A DNA stretch of 64,000 nt, taken from the NCBI GenBank assembly GCA_051003195.1, contig JBPCLP010000013.1, forward strand, positions 32,001-96,000, written 5' to 3'. Every line of letters begins with the position of its first letter. The stretch's first letter is position 1. Positions 39,471 through 49,681 of the stretch are shown piece by piece. The notes below the pieces were generated by a model that searched no databases, was not told the origin of the DNA, and was given only the letters and a program-made list of their open reading frames with translations. The translations under genes and the position numbers were made by a program. Source of the DNA: Candidatus Sumerlaeaceae bacterium (GTDB taxonomy: Bacteria; Sumerlaeota; Sumerlaeia; Sumerlaeales; Sumerlaeaceae).

Positions 39471-40532
39471 CTACACGCGACCTTCGAACCCGTGATAGAT
39501 TTCTTCAAGGAGGCGGCGGATGTCGTAATCGTATTTCCATTCCGGATAGTGCTGCTGAAATTTGCGCACATCGCTCACCCACCAGATGTGGTCGCCGCTG
39601 CGCGCGTCGTCGACATAGGTCGTCACGGCTTTTTTGCCGGTGATTTCTTCGCCCATACGAATGGCCTCGGCCATACTGCAGTTGCTGTGCCGGCTGCCGC
39701 CGATGTTGTACACCTCGCCGACCCGGGGAGACTTGAAGAATTCGTGGAAGGCATTAACGAGGTCGCTGCTGTGGATGTTGTCGCGCACCTGTTTGCCAAG
39801 ATACCCGAAGATGCGGTACTCGCGACCCGTCATGATGCACTTCATCAAATAGGAAAGAAACCCGTGCAGTTCTGCGCCGGAGTGACCGGGACCCGTGAGA
39901 CAGCCGCCGCGGAATATCGCCGTCTTCATATCGAAATACCGGCCGTATTCCTGCACCATGACATCAGCGGCCACTTTGGACGCACCGAACACGGAGTGCT
40001 TGGATTGGTCGATGGTCATGTGCTCGTCGATGCCATGCAGCGCGTAGGGGTGTGACGGCTCAATCTCCCAACGCTCTTCCAGCTCAATGAGCGGCAGGTT
40101 GTTTGGGGTATCGCCGTAGACTTTGTTGGTCGAGGTGAAGATGAACGGCGCGTTGGGCGCCAGCAGCCGGGTGAGCTCAAGCACATGCAGCGTGCCCGTG
40201 GCATTCACTCCGAAATCCGTCAGAGGTTCGCGGGCGGCCCAGTCATGGCTGGGTTGCGCCGCCGTGTGAACGACGAGCGCGATCTCGCCGGAGTATTGCT
40301 GGAAGATGCGTGTGAGCGCCGGGTAATCGCGGATGTCCGCGGAGTGGTGCTGGAAATTTGGCAGCTCCGATTTCAGGCGTTCGCAGGCCCATTGTGTCGA
40401 GGCTTCGGCACCGAAGAAGTACGAGCGCATGTCGTTGTCGATACCAACGATAGTGTGGCCTTCGCGCGCGAAACGCCGCACGGTCTCGGCGCCAATAAGG
40501 CCGGACGACCCGGTGACGATGATGACGGACAT
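39471..40532 (-). CDS. NAD-dependent epimerase (CDP-paratose/tyvelose 2-epimerase-like)
   Basis: [38 protein letters not shown]. Confidence 0.88.
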   Translation of the reverse strand: MSVIIVTGSSGLIGAETVRRFAREGHTIVGIDNDMRSYFFGAEASTQWACERLKSELPNFQHHSADIRDYPALTRIFQQYSGEIALVVHTAAQPSHDWAAREPLTDFGVNATGTLHVLELTRLLAPNAPFIFTSTNKVYGDTPNNLPLIELEERWEIEPSHPYALHGIDEHMTIDQSKHSVFGASKVAADVMVQEYGRYFDMKTAIFRGGCLTGPGHSGAELHGFLSYLMKCIMTGREYRIFGYLGKQVRDNIHSSDLVNAFHEFFKSPRVGEVYNIGGSRHSNCSMAEAIRMGEEITGKKAVTTYVDDARSGDHIWWVSDVRKFQQHYPEWKYDYDIRRLLEEIYHGFEGRV

Positions 40533-40535
40533 GGA

Positions 40536-41396
40536 CTAGCTGGACGAACCAGAGGAGCTGACGAGTTGCCTTTCCGAATAAAGCAGCGGAAAGAACTCAC
40601 CTGCAAAAGGATCGCCGTCGTCGCCGCGCAGAAGCAGCGAGTTCATGTGCTCTTCGCTCGGGCTGTTTTTGCGGTATCGGCATTTTCCGTCCATCATATG
40701 GACAACAAGGCTTCGGCGTGGCTTATCGGTCTGGTTCGCGCCGCTCCCGTGGATGGTGAGGCTGTGGTGAAAACTGAGGTGTCCGGCTTTGGGGACGCAC
40801 GGAACGATTTCCAGCTTGTCGCCTTCAGGAATCTTGATCTGGTCCTGGATGTTGTCGATGTTCGTATTGAAAAAGTCATTCTCGTTCATCATGCCCCAGC
40901 GGTGGCTGCGCGCCACCACCATCATTGCCCCGTTCTCAACAGTAACATCGTCAAACGCCACCCACGCAGTGAGCATGTTTGGGCTGTCGCAGCATTGCCA
41001 GTAGTAGTAGTCCTGGTGCCAGCCCACATTGCCACTCGCTTTTCCGCCGCCGGGTTTGTACAGCAACTGGTCGTGCCAGAGCCGGACCTGGTCGGTGCGG
41101 GCAAGCCTTGCCGCCATTGCGCCGATGGTTTCATCGAGCGCAAGTTCACGCAATGACAGGCTGCTCCAGTGGCAATTATCCATTTTCCGGAGCGCCTTCG
41201 GGTCGTCACCGGGCTTCCAGTTCGAACTCCAGGGCGGAGTCCCGGTTTCATATTCGCAATTGTAAACGCGGTCCATGGCTGCGCGATACTTCTCGAGGCG
41301 TTCATCCGAGACCACTTTTGGCCCGAACCAGTACCCATTCTCTTCAAAGAACCGCACGTCTTCCTCGGTCGGAAGCGCGGAAAGATCGATAGACAT
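40536..41396 (-). CDS. phytanoyl-CoA dioxygenase family Fe(II)/2OG oxygenase
   Basis: AGGAGG RBS; FFEENGY, KPGG, WHQD, WVAFDD..ENG, HGS...R. Confidence 0.9.
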   Translation of the reverse strand: MSIDLSALPTEEDVRFFEENGYWFGPKVVSDERLEKYRAAMDRVYNCEYETGTPPWSSNWKPGDDPKALRKMDNCHWSSLSLRELALDETIGAMAARLARTDQVRLWHDQLLYKPGGGKASGNVGWHQDYYYWQCCDSPNMLTAWVAFDDVTVENGAMMVVARSHRWGMMNENDFFNTNIDNIQDQIKIPEGDKLEIVPCVPKAGHLSFHHSLTIHGSGANQTDKPRRSLVVHMMDGKCRYRKNSPSEEHMNSLLLRGDDGDPFAGEFFPLLYSERQLVSSSGSSS

Positions 41397-41626
41397 TTTT
41401 TCTTCCTCCTGTTGCGGAGTAACGAGGTTGGGCATTGCACGATTTCGATTGGCGGGTGGCGTGAAACATCCCGGAAATTTACAATGCTTTATGGGCGAGT
41501 GGCATGCGGCCGAAAGCAATGCAATAGGGAAGCGAACTCTCCAGTATGACGTTGCATCCCCTCGCACAACAGACATTCCTGTTTATCCAAATGCTGCCCA
41601 CTGCACAAATACAGTAACCCCACGCC

Positions 41627-43081
41627 ATGCCATACGATAACCTCCGTACGTTCATTTCAGCACTGGAATCTGCCGGCGAGCTGAAGCGCATTTCCGCACC
41701 AATTGACGCGAGCCTCGAAGTCACGGAAGTTGCCGACCGCGTGATGAAGTCGCCCGGTGGCGGACCTGCCCTGCTTTTCACCAATCTCAAACATACCAGC
41801 CGAATGCCGCTTCTGATCAACGCATTTGGGTCACGCAAACGCATGCAAATGGTCTGCGGAGCCGAGAAGATTTCCGACGTGACGGACAACTTCCTAGCGA
41901 TGCTGGAGCCCAAGGGTAGCATGAACTTCATGGAGAAGCTCAAGATGCTGCCAAAGCTGAAGCAGTTGAATGATCTTTTCCCCGTGGAAGTGCCGCTGCG
42001 GCAAGCTCCATGCATGGAGATCGAAGTAGCCGATGCCTCGTTCGATCTGCTGCCCGTTTGCAAGTGCTGGCCGCAGGACGGGGGCCCGTTTATCACGATG
42101 CCAATGGTGTTCAGCCGCGACCCACGCACCAACGCCACGAACGTCGGACTGTACCGGCTGCAGATTTACGATTCGAAGACATGCGGCATGCACTGGCACC
42201 TGCACAAAGGCGGGGCCGAGCATCTGCGCCAGATGGCCGAGCGCGGCGAGAAGCTGCCGGTGGCGATTGCGCTTGGCGGCGGGCCGGCGGAAATCTTCAG
42301 CGCGGCTTGTCCACTGCCACCTGATATTTATGAGATGATGTTCGCGGGACTGTTGCGAGGAGAGCCGGTGAAGATGACGCGGTGCCGCGCCAGTGATCTG
42401 TTGGTTCCCGCCGAAGCCGAAGTCATCCTTGAGGGCTTTGTCGATCCCGGCGAGCTGAGGCTGGAAGGACCGTTTGGCGATCACACCGGCTACTACTCGC
42501 TGGCAGACATGTATCCAGTCTTTCACCTGACGCATATGAGCCATCGGCGTGACCCGATTTACATCCACACTATCGTGGGCGTACCGCCGATGGAAGACGC
42601 ATATATGGGCGAAGCGATCGAGGCACTGTTTACGCCGATCATGAAAAAGCAGATGCCTGAAGTCGTCGATATGCACATGCCCGTCGAGGGTGTGTTTCAC
42701 AACCTCATGATCGTTTCGATCCGCAAAGCATACCCGGGCCACGCGCGGAAGATCATGCACTCTGTCTGGGGACTTGGCCAGGCGATGTTCACCAAGCTGA
42801 TCGTTGTCGTGGATGCGGACGTGAACATCCGCGACTATCGCGAACTGGCATGGCGTGCGCTGAATTGCGTCGATTACGCAAGGGACGTGGAAATCGTGAA
42901 GGGCCCGGTCGATGATCTCGACCACGCCAGCCAGCTCCACCGGTTCGGCGGCAAGATGGGAATCGATGCCACAACCAAGTGGGCCAGCGAAGGCTTTACC
43001 CGTGAGTGGCCGGAAGTCATCCGAATGAGCGACGATATAAAACAGCGAGTCGACCAGATGTGGGGCAAGCTGGGACTGTGA
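41627..43081 (+). CDS. UbiD-family (menaquinone-biosynthesis type) decarboxylase
   Basis: NVGLYR, EGPFGDHTGYY, PPMED, LDHAS, GGKMGIDAT. Confidence 0.93.
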   Translation: MPYDNLRTFISALESAGELKRISAPIDASLEVTEVADRVMKSPGGGPALLFTNLKHTSRMPLLINAFGSRKRMQMVCGAEKISDVTDNFLAMLEPKGSMNFMEKLKMLPKLKQLNDLFPVEVPLRQAPCMEIEVADASFDLLPVCKCWPQDGGPFITMPMVFSRDPRTNATNVGLYRLQIYDSKTCGMHWHLHKGGAEHLRQMAERGEKLPVAIALGGGPAEIFSAACPLPPDIYEMMFAGLLRGEPVKMTRCRASDLLVPAEAEVILEGFVDPGELRLEGPFGDHTGYYSLADMYPVFHLTHMSHRRDPIYIHTIVGVPPMEDAYMGEAIEALFTPIMKKQMPEVVDMHMPVEGVFHNLMIVSIRKAYPGHARKIMHSVWGLGQAMFTKLIVVVDADVNIRDYRELAWRALNCVDYARDVEIVKGPVDDLDHASQLHRFGGKMGIDATTKWASEGFTREWPEVIRMSDDIKQRVDQMWGKLGL

Positions 43082-43653
43082 CGCGCACACTGATCGTCTC
43101 CTCCAGCTTTAACCCGGCAAGTAGAAGCAACCAGCTCGCGAGCATGCTCACGGAGCGTCTGCAGGGTAGTGGCCACGAGGCGACACACCGGGCGCTCAAA
43201 GAGATAAGTTTGCCGGACGTGAACCATCCCAGCCTCTTCGAATCCGAGTCCTTCCGCGACTGCGCACAGCAGGTGCGAGACGCGAATGCTCTCATTTTGG
43301 CGAGCCCGGTTTACAATTGGAGCCTGAGCGCAGAACTTAAAAAGTTCATCGAAGTTATTGGCTCCACGGACTCTGCGCATCCCAGCCCGTTCTTCGACAA
43401 GCTGGTCTCGTTCGTTTTTGCCGCCGGTCTACCACACAGCTACATGGTACTGCAGACCGCCGCTATTCCGCTGATGCTTGACTTTCGCTGCATCATCAAC
43501 CCGCACCAAGCCTATCTTCACAACCGCCACTGGGACGAGAACGAAACACTGACACCTGAAGGAAGCGCAAAGCTCGACCAGATGCTGAAAGCTCACCTGG
43601 AACTTACTACGCGCCTACAAGGCTATCAGCTCACCAACAGCTGGCAGGTGTAG
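43078..43653 (+). CDS. NADPH-dependent FMN reductase family protein
   Basis: GTGA overlap with UbiD gene; SSS....SRS loop, ASPVYN...LKKFIE. Confidence 0.85.
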   Translation: MTRTLIVSSSFNPASRSNQLASMLTERLQGSGHEATHRALKEISLPDVNHPSLFESESFRDCAQQVRDANALILASPVYNWSLSAELKKFIEVIGSTDSAHPSPFFDKLVSFVFAAGLPHSYMVLQTAAIPLMLDFRCIINPHQAYLHNRHWDENETLTPEGSAKLDQMLKAHLELTTRLQGYQLTNSWQV

Positions 43654-43665
43654 CAAGACGCCGGG

Positions 43666-44958
43666 CTACTCGCCCGGGATGAACTCCGCCAGCCTGCTGT
43701 GCAATTTGCGCGGTACAATCGCTTCAACATACGTGTGATCATCCGCTTCCCCATCACCATGACTCACCGAACGCACCTGTGCCTCACGGTGCAGCATGGA
43801 AACGACATCGTGCCGATCGGGCGGAATCCGCAGTCGCAGATGCTCCAGGTCATGGCCGGCCAGGTCCGACATCTTTGCCGCGAGCTCCTGCAGGCCTTCA
43901 GCGGTGACTGTACTGGTGATTACGACGCGGTCGTAACCTTCCATCAGCGGACCAAGCATGGAACGATCCTCTAGAAGGTCGACTTTATTGAGAACGAGAA
44001 TGGTTGGCTTGTCGAGCGCACCGAGTTCCTCAAGCACCTGCTCGGTAGCCTTGCGCTGTTCCAGCGCATTGGGATGGCTCGCATCCACTACGTGCACGAG
44101 CAGCGTCGCAATCTGCGCCTCTTCCAGCGTCGCTTTGAACGCTTCAACAAGCGTGTGCGGCAGCTTGCGGATGAATCCTACCGTATCCGTAAGCAGCAGC
44201 AACTGACCATTCGGCAGCGTAATCTTTCGTGTCGTTGGGTCCAGGGTTGCAAACAGCTTGTCTTCCTCCAGCACCCCCGCGCCGGTCATGGCGTTCAATA
44301 GGGAGGACTTGCCGGCGTTTGTGTAGCCGACAATCGCCGCCTGCGGCAACGGAATCTCACTGCGGCTCTTGCGCTGCGTCGCCCGAACACGACGCACATG
44401 CTGCAGGTCGCGCTTCAGGCGGTCGATCTGGTTGCGGACGAGGCGGCGGTCTACTTCGAGCTGCGCTTCACCGGCGCCGCCGCGGGCACCGCCACCGCCG
44501 CGCTGGCGCTCAAGGTGGGTCCATGCGCGGGTCAGCCGCGGCAGCGAGTATTCGGCTCTTGCCAGGGCGACCTGAAGCCGCGCCTCACGCGTTTGCGCAC
44601 GATCCGCGAATATGCCGAGAATTACTTCGCGGCGGTCGATCACTGCTTTTTCAGTCAGTTTTTCCCAGTTACGCTGCTGAGATGGCGACAAATCGTCATC
44701 GAAAATAATAACGTCTGCGCCAAAAGCCTCTGCCGCCGCGGCAATCTGGTCCGCCTTACCTGCACCAACCAGAAATCGCGGCGTGATCTCACGCAGGGCA
44801 ACGAGTTCCTCTCCGAATGCGGGAATGCCATACGTGTTGGATAGGCTCTTAAGCTCTTCCAGGTGCTCGGCCGCCTCAATTGCTGTCATACCAGGGCGGC
44901 GGACCCCAACGAGGTAGGCACCTAATGCTTTCTTCGAAGTCGATTCAATCTCGTGCAT
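43666..44958 (-). CDS. hflX: ribosome-splitting GTPase HflX
   Basis: GYTNAGKSS, LFATLDPT, DTVGFI, NKVD, QQRNWE. Confidence 0.96.
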   Translation of the reverse strand: MHEIESTSKKALGAYLVGVRRPGMTAIEAAEHLEELKSLSNTYGIPAFGEELVALREITPRFLVGAGKADQIAAAAEAFGADVIIFDDDLSPSQQRNWEKLTEKAVIDRREVILGIFADRAQTREARLQVALARAEYSLPRLTRAWTHLERQRGGGGARGGAGEAQLEVDRRLVRNQIDRLKRDLQHVRRVRATQRKSRSEIPLPQAAIVGYTNAGKSSLLNAMTGAGVLEEDKLFATLDPTTRKITLPNGQLLLLTDTVGFIRKLPHTLVEAFKATLEEAQIATLLVHVVDASHPNALEQRKATEQVLEELGALDKPTILVLNKVDLLEDRSMLGPLMEGYDRVVITSTVTAEGLQELAAKMSDLAGHDLEHLRLRIPPDRHDVVSMLHREAQVRSVSHGDGEADDHTYVEAIVPRKLHSRLAEFIPGE

Positions 44959-45023
44959 CTAAGGCACTACCATACCGAATGTAAAATGCTCGACGGCTCG
45001 CTCACCGTATTATCGTGGCATGG

Positions 45024-45581
45024 TTACTGGGTACGGATGTCGACGTTCACATTCTGGCGGCCCCAGGCGTTTGCCTGGTCGTGGCGCTTGTAAAAGATAT
45101 CGATTCGATCCGGCCCTTTGATATCACGTCCACGATCGGTTACGGTGCCCCATCCCCAGCCGGGCACATACATTCTGGTGCCGAACGGGTAATAGCGCGT
45201 GTCGGCGGCAATGGCGCCAGGCCGCGACGTAACGTTCCATGGCAGCACGCGAAATGGAATCATGTATGGCCGTTTCGCGGTATCCGTTGAAAACAGACCG
45301 GGCTTTGGTGTAACAAGCTTTCCGCCGCTCGCCGTTTTCCCGGTGTACTTGTCACCCCGGTCCGGCCCCTCGCTTACGTAGCGATTCCACTTATCCAGTT
45401 TCAGAAACTTCCAGCTTCCCCGCGTGTAACCGTTACAGCTACCGCATTTGCAATAAGCTGTCACTTCCATTTGCCGCACAGCGGCACAAGTTGGATGCGC
45501 CAGCAGAAGCAGCGCACCTCCCACGGCCCACAGACAATACCTTGAAAATACACAACCAGATATATACCAGCGCATCAGCAT
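45024..45581 (-). CDS. 3D-domain exported protein
   Basis: VTAYC, KTASG, IAAD...PFGT, DRG..IKG..IDIF. Confidence 0.85.
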   Translation of the reverse strand: MLMRWYISGCVFSRYCLWAVGGALLLLAHPTCAAVRQMEVTAYCKCGSCNGYTRGSWKFLKLDKWNRYVSEGPDRGDKYTGKTASGGKLVTPKPGLFSTDTAKRPYMIPFRVLPWNVTSRPGAIAADTRYYPFGTRMYVPGWGWGTVTDRGRDIKGPDRIDIFYKRHDQANAWGRQNVNVDIRTQ

Positions 45582-45655
45582 GCTCCAGCGGTAGCGATTC
45601 AGCAGAACTTAATATCAGGCTTGGCCCTCGCGATTAAAAACTCCAGCAGAATCTA

Positions 45656-45716
45656 GTGTGCCGTCCCAGAAGTTCATAGCTATACTTCAGGAAGCTATCG
45701 AGCTCGGACGGCACAC
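45656..45716. repeat. intergenic palindrome (61 nt) preceded by CTA
   Basis: Perfect 11-bp GTGTGCCGTCC/GGACGGCACAC plus inner ATAGCT/AGCTAT. Confidence 0.65.
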
Positions 45717-45789
45717 AAAACCAGTGAACGAATTAATGGGACACCATACGCGCACAGTTTTGGCCGCTTGCGTGGTTGCGGGTTCATTC

Positions 45790-48700
45790 TTACCAGTCGA
45801 TATCTTCCATCGTGGCCGAGGGATTGAATTGCAGCCGTTTCCACAGCTCAAGTCGCTTCTCGACAGGTGCATCAGCCTCGGGGTAGTCTTTCGGCAGCCA
45901 GGGATATGCATCTGCAACGAGCAGCGTCCCTTTGCTTGTTGCCGCGTACACAGAGCGTCCATCTCGCGTGAAACTGCACGACAGCAGTTCCTGGTCGTCT
46001 GCATGCACATCGAACACAGGGATCACTTCTCGCCCGGAATCTGTTTCCCATAGCTTCGCGGTACCATCATCGCTGCAAGTCACGAGGCGGGAAGAATCGG
46101 GGTTAAAGCTGATCCCATGAACGTAACTCGTGTGGCCCGTCATCGTTGTGAGCTGATCCCCGGTTTCTGCGGAAAACAACTTGGCAGTTCTGTCGGTCGA
46201 CCCTGTTGCAATACGTTTCCCATCTGGGGTAAACTCCGCCACGAGAACCGGACGCTGGTGTGCGCGGAAGGCAGAAATGGTCGTGCCACTTGCAACGTCA
46301 AAAACTCCTGCAAAGCCGTCGAACAATCCCACAAAGATGTTCTTTGAATCCGGGCTGAACTGTAAACTGCTCACGAGCACGTTAGGCCCACTCACATTCC
46401 GAATGGTTCGAATCAATCGCCACGACTGGGGATCATAAAGTGAGACTATATTACGATAACCCCCCGTTGCCGCCAGCTTCCCATCGGGACTGAACGTACA
46501 CGAGTACACCGTTCCCTCGCCCAGTCCGGCGAGTACGCTGCTTGTTCGCACGTCCAGTCCGGACGCGCGCATCGTACGTTCATCTATCATGATCCGCTTC
46601 GTCCAATCGGGACTAAATGCCGAGAAGAAGGACTGTATCACAATCTTGCGGTTACCCGCGGTAAATACCGTCTGCCCGGAAGGAACGTTATAACGAGCAT
46701 CATAGTTTTTCCAGTCGCGGCCGCGTTCAACCGGATAGCAAATTACGCGGTCTGTTTCCAAAGCCTCCTCCGGCTTGATGGCGCCTCCCGGCGAGATAGA
46801 AGCACCGTTTACGATAGACGACACATCCCACAGCTTCACGGTATCCCAGTTCGTGGTAATGAGCCGTTTCCCGTCCGGGCTGAAAAATACCGCGTACATC
46901 TGCGTGCCGGCCTGCAACATACCAAGCTGTCGCGAAGTTTCCGCATCCCACACGCGGCAGATTCCTGAGTCGTCGGACGTGGCAATGCGCTTGCCATCCG
47001 TACTATACGACGCACAATGCATCCAGTCTCCCGGGCTCTCCAGCATTTGAAGCTGGGCAGTTGAATGCGCATCGAATACCCGTACAATTTTATCCGATCC
47101 CGCGGTCATGATTTGCGAGCCGTCCGGGCTGAAATTCACGCTGTGAACGGCTTTCCGATTTTCGGTAATCCTGCGCAGCCACGCGCCGCTGCGCGCATCC
47201 CAAACATCGACCGTGCTATCAAGGGAGCCCGTTACAAAGCTCGCTCCATCCGGGCTGTAGTGGAGATCGTATACCACTCCGCCACGGCGCTCAAGCTTTT
47301 GAAGCAGTTTGCCAGAATTCGCATCCCATATCCGGATCATTCGGTCTGCGCCACAAGTCGCAATCTGAGTCCCGTCCACGTTAAAGTCTACCCCGCGGAG
47401 AATGTCTGTACTGCCCCGCAGCATTGTAACAACGCGAAGATTGGTCGCATCCAGAACGCTGCCGACATGATCCAGCCCGGCCACGCCAATGCGGCTTCCA
47501 TCACGGCTCCAGGCTAATCTCCAGGCCATGCGCTTGTGAGGCCTTTCGTGTGCCAGGTTACGGCCGGACTGCGAATCGTACAACGTCACGTTGCCGTCGC
47601 GATCCCCAGTCGCGATCCTGTCGCCCTTCGGGTTGTATTCAGCATGCAACACTCCGCCGGGAGTCTCGTACCTGGCCAGCGTCATTACGTCCGGTGAGCT
47701 CTTCCTGACGAGAAATCCCCATTCCCAGTTGTGCAGCCCTGCCGGTGTTTTCGTAAATAGTAGCTCCCGCGCTTTGTTTACTCGCCCCTGGCGAATATTA
47801 GCGTCCGCATAACCAATGTTCGCAAAGTATTGTTCGTGTTCTGCCACATTGCGCAACTGCTCCGACTGCGCACGCTGCGCCTCTGCATCCTTCTGCGCAT
47901 TTTCAGCAACGAGTTTTAGCCGGAATGCTTCTTGTTTTCCAGAAGTCTCCCGCTCCTTCAGGAGAACCTGCAAACGCGAGCGGCGTTGCTCCTGGGCTAT
48001 AATCGCTACACACATTGCCAGAAGAAGCAGCATGACACCTATCCCCGCCCCCAGCCATCGATTGCGCTGGCGGGCCTTTGCGGCCAGCTCGTGCACCCGC
48101 GTCGATTCGGCTTTAAGTTGGTTCTCCTCGAATAATGCGTCTCGCCGTGCATCAAGTGTGCGCAATCGGCGTGCAAGTTCCGCCGCACTTCCCAGCCGTC
48201 GCTCAGGGCGTCCGTCCACACACGCGTTAATATCCTGGAGGAGCAGTTCGTCTGATATTTCGCGCTGCCATCCAGTCGCCAGTGCATGCTGCAGGTTCCC
48301 AATGACAATCTGGTAAAGAACCACGCCCAGCGAGTAGATATCAGAACTCGTCGTGACTGGCTGGCCTTCCATCAGCTCGGGTGCCATGTAGAGTCGCGTT
48401 CCTGAATTGGTGGAATAGCCATCGGACGCAGTTTGTGTCATCCCAAGCGCCGTAATACCTTTTGCCGCCAGCAGCTCCCTGTCGAGGACCAGCCCAATTC
48501 CGAAGTCGATCATACGCACTTGCGGCTGGTCACCGGGCTCCTGTTCGACGACCAGAATGTTCGACGGTTTTATATCCTTGTGCAGAATTCCAACAGAGTG
48601 CGCTGCGGCAACCGCGTCCGCCACCTGCGCTACGAGTTCCAGGCGCATCGCCAGAGTGATGTTCGCGAGGCCACCATGTTCGTCCGCCCAGATTGGAAGT

Positions 48701-49662
48701 GCCAGTCCGCCGACGTATTCAAATTCCAGGTAAAACGGCGGCTCATCGAATTGCCAATCGAGGACGCGGGCGATATCGGAGCGGTCGCCCAGAGTTTCCT
48801 TTAACAGGCGGAAAACCGTTACCTCGCGCTGGAGCGCACGTAACTGCTGGTGATCGAAACAGAATTTGAACACGCGACGCTCGCCCGTACCTCGTTGGCT
48901 GGCGAGCCACACCTCACCTCCACCCCCGCTGCCGAGCCTCTGGACAAGTGACCAGTTGGGCCGGCGGGGCATATCAAGTCCTGGGGCGGGTCTCCAACGA
49001 ACGGCTGTGTCCGAACTGTCGGTATCAGGCACGTGGTGCGCTTTTTCGTGGTCCAACGGCGGCACGAGAGGCGAAGAGCCCTCTATTCCGACTTCAAAGA
49101 CCGCCAGCGGCCGATCGTGGCCTTTGAATAGATAACGCCCGTGCGAACGCCACATCAGCTTTGGAAAGCGGGTGCTGCCGGACAGACGTTGGCGCGCGTT
49201 CTCGAACACAGGATAGGAGAGCAGCGTCTGCCCCGGCAGTGCGAGTGACTGGATACGTGCGGCCAGATCCACGGCAAAGCCTTCCAGCTGCACGCGCGAA
49301 GATGATTCATCCGGATGACGCAACTCGGTCACTTCGCCCATGTGCATTCCGATTCGTACACGGGGCAGATCGGCATCGGTTGTGTGTGCCTGTTGCAGCA
49401 GCAGCGCGAACGCAACGGCCTGGCTCGGGATGGGCCAGGTAAGCAGAAATCCGTCGCCAGTGCGGTTAACGATCGTGCCCTCGGTTTCCCGAGTCAGTTG
49501 TCGTACAAGCTGCTGGTGGCGCGCAATGCGTTCAGCGCCGGCAGCATCCCCCAGTTTGCGTTTTAACGCGGTGCTGCCCGCGAGATCTGTGAAAACAACC
49601 GTCAGGACCCGCGCATTCGAAACGGTATAACCTGGGGTAGTTTCGACCTGTTGTGAAGACAT
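45790..49662 (-). CDS. class III nucleotide cyclase - Ser/Thr kinase - TM - WD40 repeat protein (1290 aa)
   Basis: FTDLAGST, TGDGF, RIGMHMG, VDLAAR (cyclase); GSGGGGEV, HKDIKPSN, DFG, YMAPE (kinase); TM WLGAGIGVMLLLLAMCVAII; many FSPDG...WD repeats. Confidence 0.9.
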   Translation of the reverse strand: MSSQQVETTPGYTVSNARVLTVVFTDLAGSTALKRKLGDAAGAERIARHQQLVRQLTRETEGTIVNRTGDGFLLTWPIPSQAVAFALLLQQAHTTDADLPRVRIGMHMGEVTELRHPDESSSRVQLEGFAVDLAARIQSLALPGQTLLSYPVFENARQRLSGSTRFPKLMWRSHGRYLFKGHDRPLAVFEVGIEGSSPLVPPLDHEKAHHVPDTDSSDTAVRWRPAPGLDMPRRPNWSLVQRLGSGGGGEVWLASQRGTGERRVFKFCFDHQQLRALQREVTVFRLLKETLGDRSDIARVLDWQFDEPPFYLEFEYVGGLALPIWADEHGGLANITLAMRLELVAQVADAVAAAHSVGILHKDIKPSNILVVEQEPGDQPQVRMIDFGIGLVLDRELLAAKGITALGMTQTASDGYSTNSGTRLYMAPELMEGQPVTTSSDIYSLGVVLYQIVIGNLQHALATGWQREISDELLLQDINACVDGRPERRLGSAAELARRLRTLDARRDALFEENQLKAESTRVHELAAKARQRNRWLGAGIGVMLLLLAMCVAIIAQEQRRSRLQVLLKERETSGKQEAFRLKLVAENAQKDAEAQRAQSEQLRNVAEHEQYFANIGYADANIRQGRVNKARELLFTKTPAGLHNWEWGFLVRKSSPDVMTLARYETPGGVLHAEYNPKGDRIATGDRDGNVTLYDSQSGRNLAHERPHKRMAWRLAWSRDGSRIGVAGLDHVGSVLDATNLRVVTMLRGSTDILRGVDFNVDGTQIATCGADRMIRIWDANSGKLLQKLERRGGVVYDLHYSPDGASFVTGSLDSTVDVWDARSGAWLRRITENRKAVHSVNFSPDGSQIMTAGSDKIVRVFDAHSTAQLQMLESPGDWMHCASYSTDGKRIATSDDSGICRVWDAETSRQLGMLQAGTQMYAVFFSPDGKRLITTNWDTVKLWDVSSIVNGASISPGGAIKPEEALETDRVICYPVERGRDWKNYDARYNVPSGQTVFTAGNRKIVIQSFFSAFSPDWTKRIMIDERTMRASGLDVRTSSVLAGLGEGTVYSCTFSPDGKLAATGGYRNIVSLYDPQSWRLIRTIRNVSGPNVLVSSLQFSPDSKNIFVGLFDGFAGVFDVASGTTISAFRAHQRPVLVAEFTPDGKRIATGSTDRTAKLFSAETGDQLTTMTGHTSYVHGISFNPDSSRLVTCSDDGTAKLWETDSGREVIPVFDVHADDQELLSCSFTRDGRSVYAATSKGTLLVADAYPWLPKDYPEADAPVEKRLELWKRLQFNPSATMEDIDW

Positions 49663-49681
49663 GCTGGAAGAACCTATAACG

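Noticed and set aside
41894..43090. 398-aa antisense ORF over the UbiD gene (likewise 38330-39301, 40185-41156, 52693-53556)
   Set aside because: Antisense shadows without recognisable domains or RBS
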